Shown: piece after piece, positions 41,601-50,986 of the stretch
How the letters are laid out: every line of letters starts with the position of its first letter
How positions within the stretch are numbered: position 1 is the stretch's first letter
Virus record (IMG/VR): IMGVR_UViG_3300031867_000018
Span: 1-64,000 of that record
Length of the DNA: 64,000 bases
Direction: 5' to 3' (one strand)
From: a virus
Lineage: Duplodnaviria; Caudoviricetes
The notes under the pieces: generated by a model
Database searches by the model: none
What the model saw: the letters and a program-made list of their open reading frames with translations, nothing else
Told to the model about the DNA's origin: nothing
Translations under genes and position numbers: made by a program

Positions 41601-42945
41601 AATCAATACTGAAATAGCGAAAAATCTCGCTAATCAAATTGAGTCAATAAAATCTGAATTTGAAGACAGTTTGCTTCCGGAAGACGAATACAAATCTCGT
41701 ATGGAAGAACTGGAAGACCAATACAACGATTGTATTAAAGCCGGAAAAGAATTTGAAGATACGCTGAAAGATATAGCACAAGAACAAATTGATAACATAT
41801 CTTCTGTAGAAGATAATGTTATGAGTTATCTCGAAGACTATCTCAAAGCTGTCGAAGATAACTCACAAAAAGAAATAGATGCTGCCGAAAAAACAGCCGA
41901 TGCAAAAAAGAAGGCACTGGATAAAGCTAAAGATGCCCTCAAAGACTACCAAGATGAACTTGAAAAAGAATGGCAGGCTGAAGATGACAGAGCCGCACGA
42001 CAAGAAAAATTAGATCAGCGAAGTGACCTGTCATCACAAAGAGCTAAGTCTTTAGCCGCTGCTGCTTCGGGTGATTTAGAAGCATTATCTAAAGTTGAGG
42101 AACTCGACAAAGAAATAGCCGACATCGACAAGGACATTCAGGAAGAAGCAACAAAGCAAATCAGGGATATGTTGAAAGATTATATTGCCAAACAGGAAGA
42201 CGACTTAGACAAGCAAGCTGACAAGATAGACGAAGAAATTGACCTGATGAAACAACAGCTTGAAGAAGCCCAAAAAATGAATGAAGAATTACTCAAAGGC
42301 GAAAGCGGTATGGCTTTAGTCCACGCTTTAATGAATGGTGAACCTGTTAAACTGAACGGACAGGAAGTCGATTTAAATACTATAAGAACAAGTGTTGATA
42401 CTGAAAACGGTAATGCTTTTAGTTATGGCTATGAGAATGAGACTTCTGAATGGCAAGAAAACTTGACTAAATCTTTAGCGGCTGTTGCTAATCTTGAATC
42501 TTTGAATGAATTGGCACAAGGTAATTTTACTTTGCAAAATGGCAATATCCTTTTGAGTAACGGGCATAGCTTCGATACTTCTATGTTGAGTACAACTAAT
42601 CCAAATAGTATTGTCAATGGTCTTATTCCGGTCGATCCTAATTTACTTCCTATTGCTCCTCTTGCTAATGGAGAAACCATTATGAGTAGTTTAGGGATAG
42701 GAAAGACTTTGTTTGATAATTCAGAGGTAATTAAAAAGATGGGGGATATACAGAAATCTATTGACAATAATAACAACCCTCCTGTCCTTACGATTCAAGG
42801 CAATTTGCTTAATGTTGAGGGAAATGTTGTGGAAGATACTATTCCAATGATAAATGATATCGTAGCAAAACAGATACCTAACGCTTTAATGAGTTTACAA
42901 AAAGGAGTTAGCAGAAATGCAGCGTTGATAAAGTATAGTAGATAA
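35638..42945 (+). CDS. Tail tape measure protein
   Basis: 2435 aa, helical; TP901-type core (VDKAMTELYRVT...IAGKNRGNAIQSLLGNW). Confidence 0.9.
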   Translation: MNDDFKISLVGVLDAETTANNIKGKYGEVKGKLPNIELIGQLDITNTINTINGQLSGITQHLHSLNINANIAGINFNSSQVQQQASVIGNQINNGISQGVNSANNILNQFVNTLHSYRWNDNEIQNAVSEINRLAQQTGITIASLSQSISEVTGKKGTKRVLDVSVEGINQLGQATKLVRQWDLDSGNLVKTTDNLKSGVVATASEMQKLSDQITKVASSYENKVAKIRANVQIGQKPITPAMSADWSQIESQISAINNAIGQFRNSTSATFAQNEAGIKSSITNLEILIKDLQNARYQASVLRANPVEVLRQEAIEKVTQFRNELERAKGDVSQVNNDSIRWLATLNNVGGFRVTGAEIVDILDNIKVARERLNTSNKKEGIDNSLEKVKIQAQSLLSEIEKLEKSKIIPNGFKIDVNGVEKGLENIKNEISLISKTGKGDLSVLSAQFSLFKKELSKMGGSTTANTNFTNSINQWVTEAKGSIKNFDAVFTQTIEHIKTEAASADKIALSNLKSQFSDLKNVYSFLQKMENNTIGATFTQKSEQLKKFGSDGATSLNTLTKAYNSLQTAIQTNDFAKIQAAIKNYDTELKKATSTVKTFTAQGKQINNIANQRFSNQMEEWQIKNTRAAKVFGNEINRIRGELKNADKTKLTQLRLQFDAVQKSAREMGLLGKTFTQSFVEMSSKFATWFGVTSLMARTVMLLRSAVEEVKNVDKAMTELYRVTDLTANGYEKLYTKITKSAQDYGIKLDNLISSTASWVRFGFDTDTAEQLAEISAMYQHVTDLDESTAVKNLLTAYKGYQTQLLELTGGDETAAVERIADIYDKLGNELPVSAAQVAEGMNEWAAIAAASKTTFEEATGLIVGGGSVTQDFTSMGTALKIVTMRLQGMKGKLQELGEEVDENIVSTSKMQTQILNLTHGKVNIFETDGQTFRSTYEILKDISAIQEELTDPERAELLELIAGKNRGNAIQSLLGNWQEVEKTVIAASNAEGTAAAENEKYLASLEGKLTSLKAAWSVLANDFFSSDSFKGMVDGVTVLVNGINTLIQTLGSVPTVMTGLVAAFSFKGHNFFEYINTTATGAANKIGFLGRSFSDWKNHNYISHSDMAALREYNALIDSGVSANAAWDRSMLNAGAMARNLAKDASLVADGVNKGKVEMAGLEQASRATAVGVKLLNVALNTLATVVVSLIINSVMELIQEQHNLRQSLIDTGKETANEIKNIKDLKKAYEDSVIAYNDGIGSKENMISAAQTLAQELGMESDVVQNLTNDYKGLSAAIDEAYIEKLKEKRPELLAAVQATEEETDSFWKNPSQNFVVPTSPSEEKMSDVDKAIWGDLQNEGLAVAGKIPDTRKKNSQLIFSDTTETVDGRVEAYNNLIKARQRMTEVFTPDQLDESEYWDLINEKINNQKDEMEALISARKEYNANVVEEQYYNLTKDDIPKTIEDFNHLEEQMKSGVETNGNYRGSQELINQAIEDYIHNQPAYIKALEEEQATKENNNTNIGVSEDPFLQFKNMVGETVSYTQEEFEKLFSLGDKDNPFDGLINSSNEYVAALKAVDTEMSTVESALKEYNEKGSISVETADKLLKANGKYGDSLVYTQNGIELNVDALKKENIEYIEILKQKYQAQIEAAKLAEAEAKEALSHQKNALAVQLEEAALRKKELNGAEGPLQGNKFKYNVASLQTSGNREAIREAEITREQAEQEYQKQIDLLNSLIDKINNPDFGAYVPPEEKNNASSSTPKTKSYEKNTNAYNWADAWLQDQQNNADKLKTEYDKINKQLDKAIELGDEKLIRSLSENAVEKSKQIQEVQASAASEGRTRYADIMKEIWSMAPELQDKSIDDITEDDLLKVEKRLDDIITKEKNIAVDMYNANNDVVDPNQTAIETAENNAKRWDELIKNAQEYYKAFGEVSGEGSFAEDWAEQGDNIVETVKTTFDAVNDIFDKSVENQQKELDKLDLRIDLLDDDDFSGQMDLIAQKSQINTEIAKNLANQIESIKSEFEDSLLPEDEYKSRMEELEDQYNDCIKAGKEFEDTLKDIAQEQIDNISSVEDNVMSYLEDYLKAVEDNSQKEIDAAEKTADAKKKALDKAKDALKDYQDELEKEWQAEDDRAARQEKLDQRSDLSSQRAKSLAAAASGDLEALSKVEELDKEIADIDKDIQEEATKQIRDMLKDYIAKQEDDLDKQADKIDEEIDLMKQQLEEAQKMNEELLKGESGMALVHALMNGEPVKLNGQEVDLNTIRTSVDTENGNAFSYGYENETSEWQENLTKSLAAVANLESLNELAQGNFTLQNGNILLSNGHSFDTSMLSTTNPNSIVNGLIPVDPNLLPIAPLANGETIMSSLGIGKTLFDNSEVIKKMGDIQKSIDNNNNPPVLTIQGNLLNVEGNVVEDTIPMINDIVAKQIPNALMSLQKGVSRNAALIKYSR

Positions 42946-43012
42946 TTATTATTTGAGGTAGGAAAATCACGTTCCTACCTCTTTTTTGTTGAAAATTCAC
43001 GGAGGTGATTTT

Positions 43013-43843
43013 ATGGGATTTATAAATGATTGCAAAGTTACTTTTAATGGGGTCGATTTAACGACTTATGGATTGACAAATGTAACTATTGGTAATAACA
43101 TAAAGCCTCATATTTTTGGAGCAAATAAATCTATCCAGACCGCAAAATCTTTATATGGAAAAAGAAATGTTATAACAGGATGTAATAAAGAACCAATTAC
43201 TTTCGATTTAACTTTTAGCAAAGGGGATTCAACAATAACCGAAGATTTTTGCAGTGAATTATATCAAATATTCGATGTTACAACATATAAGCCACTTAAA
43301 TTCGGGAACGAAGATATGTATTATAACGCTATGCCAATGGTCGGGTCTGTTAGTGAACTTAATTTATATATAGGTTCAAAAGGATATGTGACTATTCCTT
43401 TCGTGTGTGATGCCGGTAATGGTTGGATAGATAGAGAGTATAATTTTAGCCGCAACTCAGAAACTATAGGTATAACATGGAGTATGAACAACCCGTGCAA
43501 TGTTAAGGATATTAATGATACATATAGAGTATATCCATACATAGAGATACAAGTTCCAGTTAATACTAATTATGTTAGTTTCGGTCTTGCGAGTCTTATA
43601 GATGCAGGAGATAGTAATGCTTGGTTTACACTTGATAATATTTCGGAAAATCAGACGATAGCCATAGACTGTGCGAATAAGCAATGCTACAGCTCAGCAG
43701 GAGACAATATCGTAGACAGTATAAGATATGATCAATTCTTTTTTCTCGAAGGTGGAGACAATACTATATATCATAGACAAATACAGGGTACTACATCTTA
43801 TTATAATATTAATTTTTATTTAAGCTGTCCGTATATGACTTGA
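43013..43843 (+). CDS. Distal tail (Dit-like) protein
   Basis: Follows TMP; GYVTIPFVCDA, FFFLEGGDN. Confidence 0.7.
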   Translation: MGFINDCKVTFNGVDLTTYGLTNVTIGNNIKPHIFGANKSIQTAKSLYGKRNVITGCNKEPITFDLTFSKGDSTITEDFCSELYQIFDVTTYKPLKFGNEDMYYNAMPMVGSVSELNLYIGSKGYVTIPFVCDAGNGWIDREYNFSRNSETIGITWSMNNPCNVKDINDTYRVYPYIEIQVPVNTNYVSFGLASLIDAGDSNAWFTLDNISENQTIAIDCANKQCYSSAGDNIVDSIRYDQFFFLEGGDNTIYHRQIQGTTSYYNINFYLSCPYMT

Positions 43844-43858
43844 ATTGAGGTGAATTAA

Positions 43859-46800
43859 TTGAGATTAAGTAAATTAATTGAAGGTAGGACTTATACCTAT
43901 GAGATGATTTTGAGGAAGCAAGACTTGGTGGCTATCGGTTATATTCCTTATTCAAGTATATCATATACGAGAAAATTTAACGATTATGACGAATTGTCTT
44001 TTACTACATTCAGATATTTATATAGCCAAAAGGATAAATCTCAGTATGTAAATCCTATATGGGAACAACTTACGGCAGGATATGTAGTTGAATTAAGGAT
44101 TTGGGATAGTAATTATGTTGATGAAAATACTATTATAGATAATGTATCAGGGGTAAAAGAGTGTGTTTTTAAAGAATATTTTACTATTTCTAAGCCCGAT
44201 ATGCAAGCAAACGAAACGAGTGATAGTGAGAAAACGATTAATTGTATAGCGCAACATCAAATGGCATTTAAAAAGTTAAAATTACGAGGATTTGATGATA
44301 CAAGAAAACTATACGATTGTCGGTTATCATCAAGCACAAGTTCTTCAGAAGAAATTATATACGATATTGTAACAGATGTTAATGGATATCCGATAGAAAA
44401 CACTTATACTGTTGATAATTCAATAAGCACATACGATCCGACAGATAATACAAAGGGTGGTATATTAAATTATATTTTAAAATATATTTTGCCTGATTGG
44501 AAAGTTAGTTACTATGACGCAGAATTATTGAGAGTAGGACAACAAGGCAGACAAATAAATGTTGACAGAAATTTATTTACAGGTGCAATCGTTATTGGTG
44601 GTGATGATTCGGATGGACACGGCACATTAACGCAAGGTATTGCTACATATTGGAAGACAACAGGTAGAACAATATATAACAATATGCAAACAGCTATAAC
44701 ATCCGCTTCTTATAGTCTATCTGCCGCTGTGGATGGTACAGTAAAAGCACAGTATCAAATTGGTAGTGCATGGGCTAAATATGAAATCTCAAGTTTTTTG
44801 TCGTCAGATCGTGTATGGAATGAAAGCAATATTGATTCGATAATAAATGAACCTTTGAACGGTGCTAAACTGTTGACAGATGCAGAAAGTTTGCTTGTTA
44901 ACACACAAACATTGATCCAAGAATTATATAGTTTTCAATATAACTTTAGTGAGCTAAATAGTATAGATGGTAAAGATATAGATTATCTAAGTCAAGCTGA
45001 AGCATTTGTGTATTTAAATGATTATTGTAATGCACTTCTTTATAAACTTATTGCACCTTTATATATATACAAAACGGCTTCGGGCAATGTGCCTTATCGT
45101 TCTTTGCAACTTGATGGAACACTTGTTGACGTATTTGAAAAGTTGCAAGATTCTTTCTTATGTGTATTCGGATTTGATAACATAAATAAAACAATTCAAA
45201 TCTACAGTAGAGATAATGAAGTAGTAAATCCTAATAGTTCGCTTATAATTAGTCCTGATAATTATATGACGGATATCTCGTATCAGGCAGATACTGATCA
45301 AATAATAACAAGGCTGTATGCTACAGGTAAAGATGACCTGTGGTTAAGTGGAGCAAATATAACGGGACAGCGATTTGTAGATAATTTTGGTTATTTCACA
45401 AGTCAACCAAGTAAATACTTTACGGCGGATTCTGACGGTAACTATCCTCTTGTTACCGCACTTGAAACTTATGCAAGTATACTTGAACATTACTCAGATA
45501 AAAGCAATCAAGCAATAACAAGAAATGATATATTATATGTTTCCGGTAATGTGTATGAATATACGACAGAAACATATAATCTCGAACAGTTGCGAAACAA
45601 AATAAGTGAGTTGAGCGACAGAGTATCAGTATGCCAAAGTCTTGCTAAGCAATGGTCATATGTTTATTACAGTGATACGGCTTCAAGTGGTGCAACGCAA
45701 CAGGTGTCTGCTGGGGCTGTTATTGCTGCAAATAATGAATTATCAGAGATAGAGCAGGATATATCGCAGTATATAGACTTTGAATTGAATGCAACAACAG
45801 TAAGAGCTATCTACGACATTGATAGTGACAGCTTTAACACAAGCGTAGGTATGCCGGGAGAACCAATTGGAACACAAAGTGGTTTCTACTTATACGCAAA
45901 TTTATATCGGCTGCAGGAGGCACTTGTTAATTGGCAAACACAGTTTACTTATGAAAATGTAAGAGACTTGAATGATAATATTATATTCACAACCGAATTG
46001 TTGAATCAGCTTCGTGTGTACATATACGAAGAAGATGTGTCTTTTGATAATATCTCGGACGACAACGTGCTGTATCAATACGCTAAAGACTATCTGGAAT
46101 ATATCAATCAGATACCTATTACTGTAAACATAGGTATGGTGGACATATTAAGTAATTATCAATATCAGAGAGAATGGTCATTGATTACTGATGTGGGTGC
46201 AAAAATAAGAGTAGATTTTAGAGATTTCGACTTGAATATGCACGATACTAAATTAAAATTGATGGAATATACCCATTCTGTTTCTAATGGTCAGCAGGAT
46301 TTAAAAATTACATTATCTAACGCTTATGAGTTGAGAAATGTTTATAATCAAATGTTGCAGAATGTGTGGTATAATTCGTATAAAAACACGAAAGATATAC
46401 AGAGTTATAAAAAGTATTGGGAAGATTTTATCAAGAAACAAGATGATTTATTGTTGCAAGGGCAAACAATAAGTGCTGATGTTAACAATATTGTTGATGG
46501 TTTAGGGAGACCAGTTGTTAACGCAAACGGCTTAGTATTGAGTAAATTCGGTAATAATGCAATAAAATCTAATGCAGACGGTTATTATGTTCATGACCGG
46601 GGTTTCTCCAGTACAAAAAATGGTACGGGGTATACGGCTAATACGGTGTTGCGTCCTAATCAAATCGTTTTTGATAATGCCGATGTTGTCTATGATACAA
46701 GCCCAACAGGATATACTACATTTACGGTTAAGAACGTAGGCAGCAATAGTGGTAATGCAACTGGATTGCCTCGCTATTATACTGCTCCTTTTTGCAGTCA

Positions 46801-47437
46801 AAAATTACAAGCACTTGATATTCGGAATGGTACAAATTACATAACAACCAATTCAAATGGCGATCCTTGTATTTATTATGCAGAAATGACAATGGACTCT
46901 TCATCAGGTAATTTAAACGGTGGAGAATATTTTTATTATATGGCTAAATTAGTGCCTGATACTACAGAATCTGCTGTAAATGGATATGCGGTTCAGCAAT
47001 TTACAGACAACACAGGTAGATTAATGTATTACAATGTAAATGATGACGGTACAATAGATTATAACACTTTGGTATACACTGCCCCCGAAAATGCAGAATT
47101 ACTTGAACAGTCAAAAGTTAAGATATATCAAGCTATATTATATCCAACTATTCAGGTTAAAAGAACAACAAAAGCATCTGATGATCACGTTCCCGATGTT
47201 GTTTTCGGTATAGGAGATTCTAACGGATATGGCAAATTTACCGTAAGAAAATTGACCGATTCTGCTCAACTATTATATACAAGCCGAACGGAAAATGGTA
47301 GGATACGAGGCTTGGAGATAAAAGACAATGGCATATATCAAATACGAGGTAATGAAAGTAATATTATTCCATTTACACATCTTTCTTCAACAGAGCCAAC
47401 AACGGCTGAAGAAGGCGATTTATGGATAAAAACATGA
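43859..47437 (+). CDS. Tail tip/baseplate hub (Tal-like) protein
   Basis: IITRLYATGKDDL...FVDNFGYF; 1192 aa following Dit. Confidence 0.7.
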   Translation: MRLSKLIEGRTYTYEMILRKQDLVAIGYIPYSSISYTRKFNDYDELSFTTFRYLYSQKDKSQYVNPIWEQLTAGYVVELRIWDSNYVDENTIIDNVSGVKECVFKEYFTISKPDMQANETSDSEKTINCIAQHQMAFKKLKLRGFDDTRKLYDCRLSSSTSSSEEIIYDIVTDVNGYPIENTYTVDNSISTYDPTDNTKGGILNYILKYILPDWKVSYYDAELLRVGQQGRQINVDRNLFTGAIVIGGDDSDGHGTLTQGIATYWKTTGRTIYNNMQTAITSASYSLSAAVDGTVKAQYQIGSAWAKYEISSFLSSDRVWNESNIDSIINEPLNGAKLLTDAESLLVNTQTLIQELYSFQYNFSELNSIDGKDIDYLSQAEAFVYLNDYCNALLYKLIAPLYIYKTASGNVPYRSLQLDGTLVDVFEKLQDSFLCVFGFDNINKTIQIYSRDNEVVNPNSSLIISPDNYMTDISYQADTDQIITRLYATGKDDLWLSGANITGQRFVDNFGYFTSQPSKYFTADSDGNYPLVTALETYASILEHYSDKSNQAITRNDILYVSGNVYEYTTETYNLEQLRNKISELSDRVSVCQSLAKQWSYVYYSDTASSGATQQVSAGAVIAANNELSEIEQDISQYIDFELNATTVRAIYDIDSDSFNTSVGMPGEPIGTQSGFYLYANLYRLQEALVNWQTQFTYENVRDLNDNIIFTTELLNQLRVYIYEEDVSFDNISDDNVLYQYAKDYLEYINQIPITVNIGMVDILSNYQYQREWSLITDVGAKIRVDFRDFDLNMHDTKLKLMEYTHSVSNGQQDLKITLSNAYELRNVYNQMLQNVWYNSYKNTKDIQSYKKYWEDFIKKQDDLLLQGQTISADVNNIVDGLGRPVVNANGLVLSKFGNNAIKSNADGYYVHDRGFSSTKNGTGYTANTVLRPNQIVFDNADVVYDTSPTGYTTFTVKNVGSNSGNATGLPRYYTAPFCSQKLQALDIRNGTNYITTNSNGDPCIYYAEMTMDSSSGNLNGGEYFYYMAKLVPDTTESAVNGYAVQQFTDNTGRLMYYNVNDDGTIDYNTLVYTAPENAELLEQSKVKIYQAILYPTIQVKRTTKASDDHVPDVVFGIGDSNGYGKFTVRKLTDSAQLLYTSRTENGRIRGLEIKDNGIYQIRGNESNIIPFTHLSSTEPTTAEEGDLWIKT

Positions 47438-47455
47438 TATGAGAGGTGATTTATA

Positions 47456-48403
47456 ATGGCTTTAACGCCCGAATCGATAGCGGAGACATGGACACATGGT
47501 GACACAGTAGAAATAGCAACAACAGACGATTGGAATGTGTTTGCAACTTATCTAAACGCAAATCCTACAGCAGGAAGCGTTAGAAGTGCAAGGCTTATAG
47601 ACAATCTGGATTTTACAAACAAAAATTGTATTTTTATTACAGCCACGGGATATACGTCACCAATCACACATCTGTCATTTGACGGAGGGGGTTTTGAAAT
47701 TAGTAATATAGTAGCAACTCTTTCGGGTAATTTCAACGGTTTGGTGTGGTTTCGTGAGACTACTAATACTACTTCCATTAGCGATGTTACGGTAAGGAAT
47801 TGTTATGTTACGACTAACACCGCAACATCAGGATTATTCTGCGTTATGTCTGGGTATGTGGCTGCGAATTGCCATATTACGAATAGTCGATTTAATATGG
47901 GGGCAGAATTTCGTGGCATACATGGAGGAACTGGCGGTGTTGAATCATGCTCAGAAAATATCACAGTTTCTCTTTCGTCAGCAATAACAGGTGGTAGTTA
48001 TGTTGGTATCTATGGTCATCCTATAAACAAATGTGTTGTAATCAACGACATATCTGTAGAGCATAACAATGTCCTTATTACAGATTTTGATGGTTCTTCT
48101 TCCGCAACAACAATAGGTTCATCATTTTCGAGGAGTAGAGTAACAACAAATAACACAGGCGTTACATTCCGACCATTTGCTATACCATATCCAACTGAGT
48201 GCTATTGTGCCAATCCTTTGATAGGAGTTGCTACATACACTCCGTTTTATAATATTAGAACAAATACAAGATCATATTACGATAATTCAATCGAAGGCAA
48301 TCCAACAGCTTCGGCGGGTACAGAGTACGGATTAACTACAGCGGAACTGCAATCAGTTGCGACTATGCAAAGTTTAGGTTGGTATGTAAAGGCGGTGGAA
48401 TAA
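47456..48403 (+). CDS. Beta-helix/GLUG-like putative receptor-binding protein
   Basis: LIDNLDF...FDGGGFEISN...GLTTAELQS; Thr/Ser/Gly-rich. Confidence 0.5.
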   Translation: MALTPESIAETWTHGDTVEIATTDDWNVFATYLNANPTAGSVRSARLIDNLDFTNKNCIFITATGYTSPITHLSFDGGGFEISNIVATLSGNFNGLVWFRETTNTTSISDVTVRNCYVTTNTATSGLFCVMSGYVAANCHITNSRFNMGAEFRGIHGGTGGVESCSENITVSLSSAITGGSYVGIYGHPINKCVVINDISVEHNNVLITDFDGSSSATTIGSSFSRSRVTTNNTGVTFRPFAIPYPTECYCANPLIGVATYTPFYNIRTNTRSYYDNSIEGNPTASAGTEYGLTTAELQSVATMQSLGWYVKAVE

Positions 48404-48406
48404 ATT

Positions 48407-49132
48407 ATGTCTGAAATATCAAATCTTATTACAGCAACACATGATACAAAGCTGGTACATGAGGAGTATACAGGGAAGAGAAATGTATCTATCGCAATAA
48501 GGACATTACGAGACATACGATTACATTCGATTACATTCAAAGGAGTCAAATCTTCATATGTATCGGGTGGCGAAATACAAGACATATCTGTTGCCTGTAA
48601 TATAAGTTCTTATGCAATGACAGCTAATGCAACATATCAAGATATTACGTTTCCACTCAATAATTATGCTGTTGCATATAGGACAACACAAACAATAACT
48701 ATGCAAACAAACCGTACATTTGAGTTGGAAGACGGCATTGATTCTTCGATTGACGATAGTGCGTTAGGTATGGGTATCTTTTTTAATACTATTACTAATG
48801 TGCCATCTTTTGAGATAAATTATTATATTGTTGGCGAACCGTATCTTAGAACTAACAATATAAACGATAATTACCTTTATTTATCAGGTTTCCCGACAGA
48901 TTATGGAGATTACTCAGGTAATAGTAATTGGTGGATAGATACAGACAAAGTAATTAATATCGGTTATCCTTTTATGTACGGTTTCCCGACAGATTACGGA
49001 GATTATAATTTCGGAAGGATTTATGTTAAAACTGCAAGTGGTTTTATTCTTTGTCCGATTTATCAAAAAACATCAAATGGGTTTCAGCCGTCAATTCTCA
49101 AAAAATACGATGGTAATAGATTTGTATTATGA
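48407..49132 (+). CDS. Tail-associated hypothetical protein with internal duplication
   Basis: GFPTDYGDY occurs twice; last gene of the + arm. Confidence 0.6.
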   Translation: MSEISNLITATHDTKLVHEEYTGKRNVSIAIRTLRDIRLHSITFKGVKSSYVSGGEIQDISVACNISSYAMTANATYQDITFPLNNYAVAYRTTQTITMQTNRTFELEDGIDSSIDDSALGMGIFFNTITNVPSFEINYYIVGEPYLRTNNINDNYLYLSGFPTDYGDYSGNSNWWIDTDKVINIGYPFMYGFPTDYGDYNFGRIYVKTASGFILCPIYQKTSNGFQPSILKKYDGNRFVL

Positions 49133-49138
49133 TATGAA

Positions 49139-49167
49139 ATGGGCGGTTTCGACTGCCCTATTTTTTT
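49139..49167 (+). terminator. Intrinsic terminator ending the late operon
   Basis: gggcggt-ttcg-actgccc plus T run. Confidence 0.8.
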
Positions 49168-49239
49168 ACGATTGGATTAGAAATGTTTATGATTTGAATT
49201 GGTAATATTTGGTATCTAAACATAGCTGCAAAATAAATT

Positions 49240-49499
49240 GTGTGTAAAGAGTGTGTAAAATGTATTTTTTATGTATTGAAAGTGGCTTGTTTGCAAGGGT
49301 TTAAAATATTTTAATACTAATTCACTTTCTTTACAATGTGTTTTTATTTTTTTTAAGATAATAACATAATAAATGTGATAAATAAGCCATTTATGAGCAT
49401 CAATAAATCAATTTGTAAACATTAAAAACATTATCATTTGGTATATGATTGCATAATTTAGCACCGTTTATTTAAAAAAGTGTGTAAAAGTGTGTAAAA
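49240..49499. other. attP-like site
   Basis: Four GTGTGTAAA direct repeats in two pairs (49240, 49251; 49480, 49490) flanking an inner inverted repeat, directly 3' of the integrase. Confidence 0.7.
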
Positions 49500-49508
49500 C
49501 AAATTGGA

Positions 49509-50690
49509 TTATTTTACCAATTTCATCAACTCATTTTCTTTTACATCTTCTTCGATTTCGGTATAAATATTCATTGTTAATTTAATATCTGAATGCCCCA
49601 TAATTTCTTGCATAGCTTTAGAATTAACCCCTTTGGCATACATCATCGAACAAAACGTATGTCTTAATGTGTGCGGAGCTAAAAAGTGTATTTTTAAAGA
49701 TTCATTGCTTTGATGTTTGTTGTAAGTTTGTTGAACCACTTTCAGACTTGTATAAATTTGTCTTTGATTGGTTACATTTCCGTTTTTTGTGCAAAAAACA
49801 AATCCAATCCATTCGTTTTTGTATACAACTATATTTTGATTTTGTTTTATTTCAAATAATGTTTTTCTAACAATAGGAAGCATAGGAATGTCTCTCATAG
49901 AACTCTCCGTTTTTGGGGTTTGCAGATAATATCGATAACCTCCGTCTGGAGCTGACGCATATATCAAGTTGTGTCTTATGTGTATGATATTTTCTTCAAA
50001 ATCAACATCTTCCCATAAAAGACCACAAAGTTCAGAGGCTCTCATTCCTGTATACAGTAAAACAATAACTTTGGCATAAATTAGTTTTCGCTGAGGCGTA
50101 TTCAAAAAAATTAAAAAAGCTTCAACTTGCTTTTCTGTTAAGCAATTCCCATTTTTTGTGGTTTCTTTACATTTTTTAACGATTTTATTTATGCTTTCTA
50201 AGGTATAAGTGTTTGGATTGTGTATTATAATTCTGTTTCTTATCGCAAATTTTATAATAGAGTTGACTATGCTATAGATTCCTTTAATTGTTTTTAAAGC
50301 CAATTTTTTATTTATGGCTAAGTCTTGGTAGAAATTTGTTAATAAAGCATAATTAATGTCGTTGATTCTCACTTGTGCAAGTTTTGGTTGGATATGACGG
50401 CTATAATCTCCCATATAACGCACAAGAGTTGTTGGTTTTATGTTTACCTTTTGGATGTTCATCCAAGCTTCATACAATTCATAAAAAAACGGATTAATAC
50501 TACTGCAGGGATTTAAATATTTTTGTTTAACAATTTCTTCCTCTTTTTCTCTTAGTTCTGCAAGATCATGAGCATAAATATACATCCACTTATTTGCCAA
50601 TTTGTCTTTATACCTATATTGATAAGTTCCATCTTTACGTTGACTTTCTCCTGTTTTTAAAACTCTACCTTTATTATCTTTCCTGCTCAT
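49509..50690 (-). CDS. int: Tyrosine integrase (Tn916/lambda-like)
   Basis: N-terminal RKDNKGRVLKTGESQRKDG; TGMRASE, HTLRHTF, MGHSDIKLTMNIY. Confidence 0.95.
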   Translation of the reverse strand: MSRKDNKGRVLKTGESQRKDGTYQYRYKDKLANKWMYIYAHDLAELREKEEEIVKQKYLNPCSSINPFFYELYEAWMNIQKVNIKPTTLVRYMGDYSRHIQPKLAQVRINDINYALLTNFYQDLAINKKLALKTIKGIYSIVNSIIKFAIRNRIIIHNPNTYTLESINKIVKKCKETTKNGNCLTEKQVEAFLIFLNTPQRKLIYAKVIVLLYTGMRASELCGLLWEDVDFEENIIHIRHNLIYASAPDGGYRYYLQTPKTESSMRDIPMLPIVRKTLFEIKQNQNIVVYKNEWIGFVFCTKNGNVTNQRQIYTSLKVVQQTYNKHQSNESLKIHFLAPHTLRHTFCSMMYAKGVNSKAMQEIMGHSDIKLTMNIYTEIEEDVKENELMKLVK

Positions 50691-50782
50691 ATTCAGTTCC
50701 TCCTTTTCTTAAAAGTAAAAAGAGCAACTATGTTTAGATATTTTTGATTATATCACACGATTGCTCTTTTTACAACAATTAT

Positions 50783-50986
50783 TTATACACTATATTGATT
50801 TAGTAACCATTTCTCAAACTCTTTTCTTTTTATTAAGTATTTACTCTTCACCCTCAAAACAAACACACATCTTTCATCTCTGACCCATTCATATAACTGT
50901 TTCGTGCCGATATTAGACAACTTAGATGCTTCTACTATTGTTAGTAATATCTTGTCTTTAATTTCAACTTCCGTTGGTGCTTCCAA
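50783..50986 (-). CDS. xis: Excisionase (Tn916 Xis-like)
   Basis: DKILLTIVEASKLSNIG...KYLIKRKEFEKWL, upstream of int; start approximate. Confidence 0.8.
   Translation of the reverse strand: MEAPTEVEIKDKILLTIVEASKLSNIGTKQLYEWVRDERCVFVLRVKSKYLIKRKEFEKWLLNQYSV

Noticed and set aside
47456-49132. Diversity-generating retroelement or invertible tail-fibre cassette
   Set aside because: No reverse transcriptase or invertase; the 26-nt repeat is direct, short and differs by T/C rather than at adenines.
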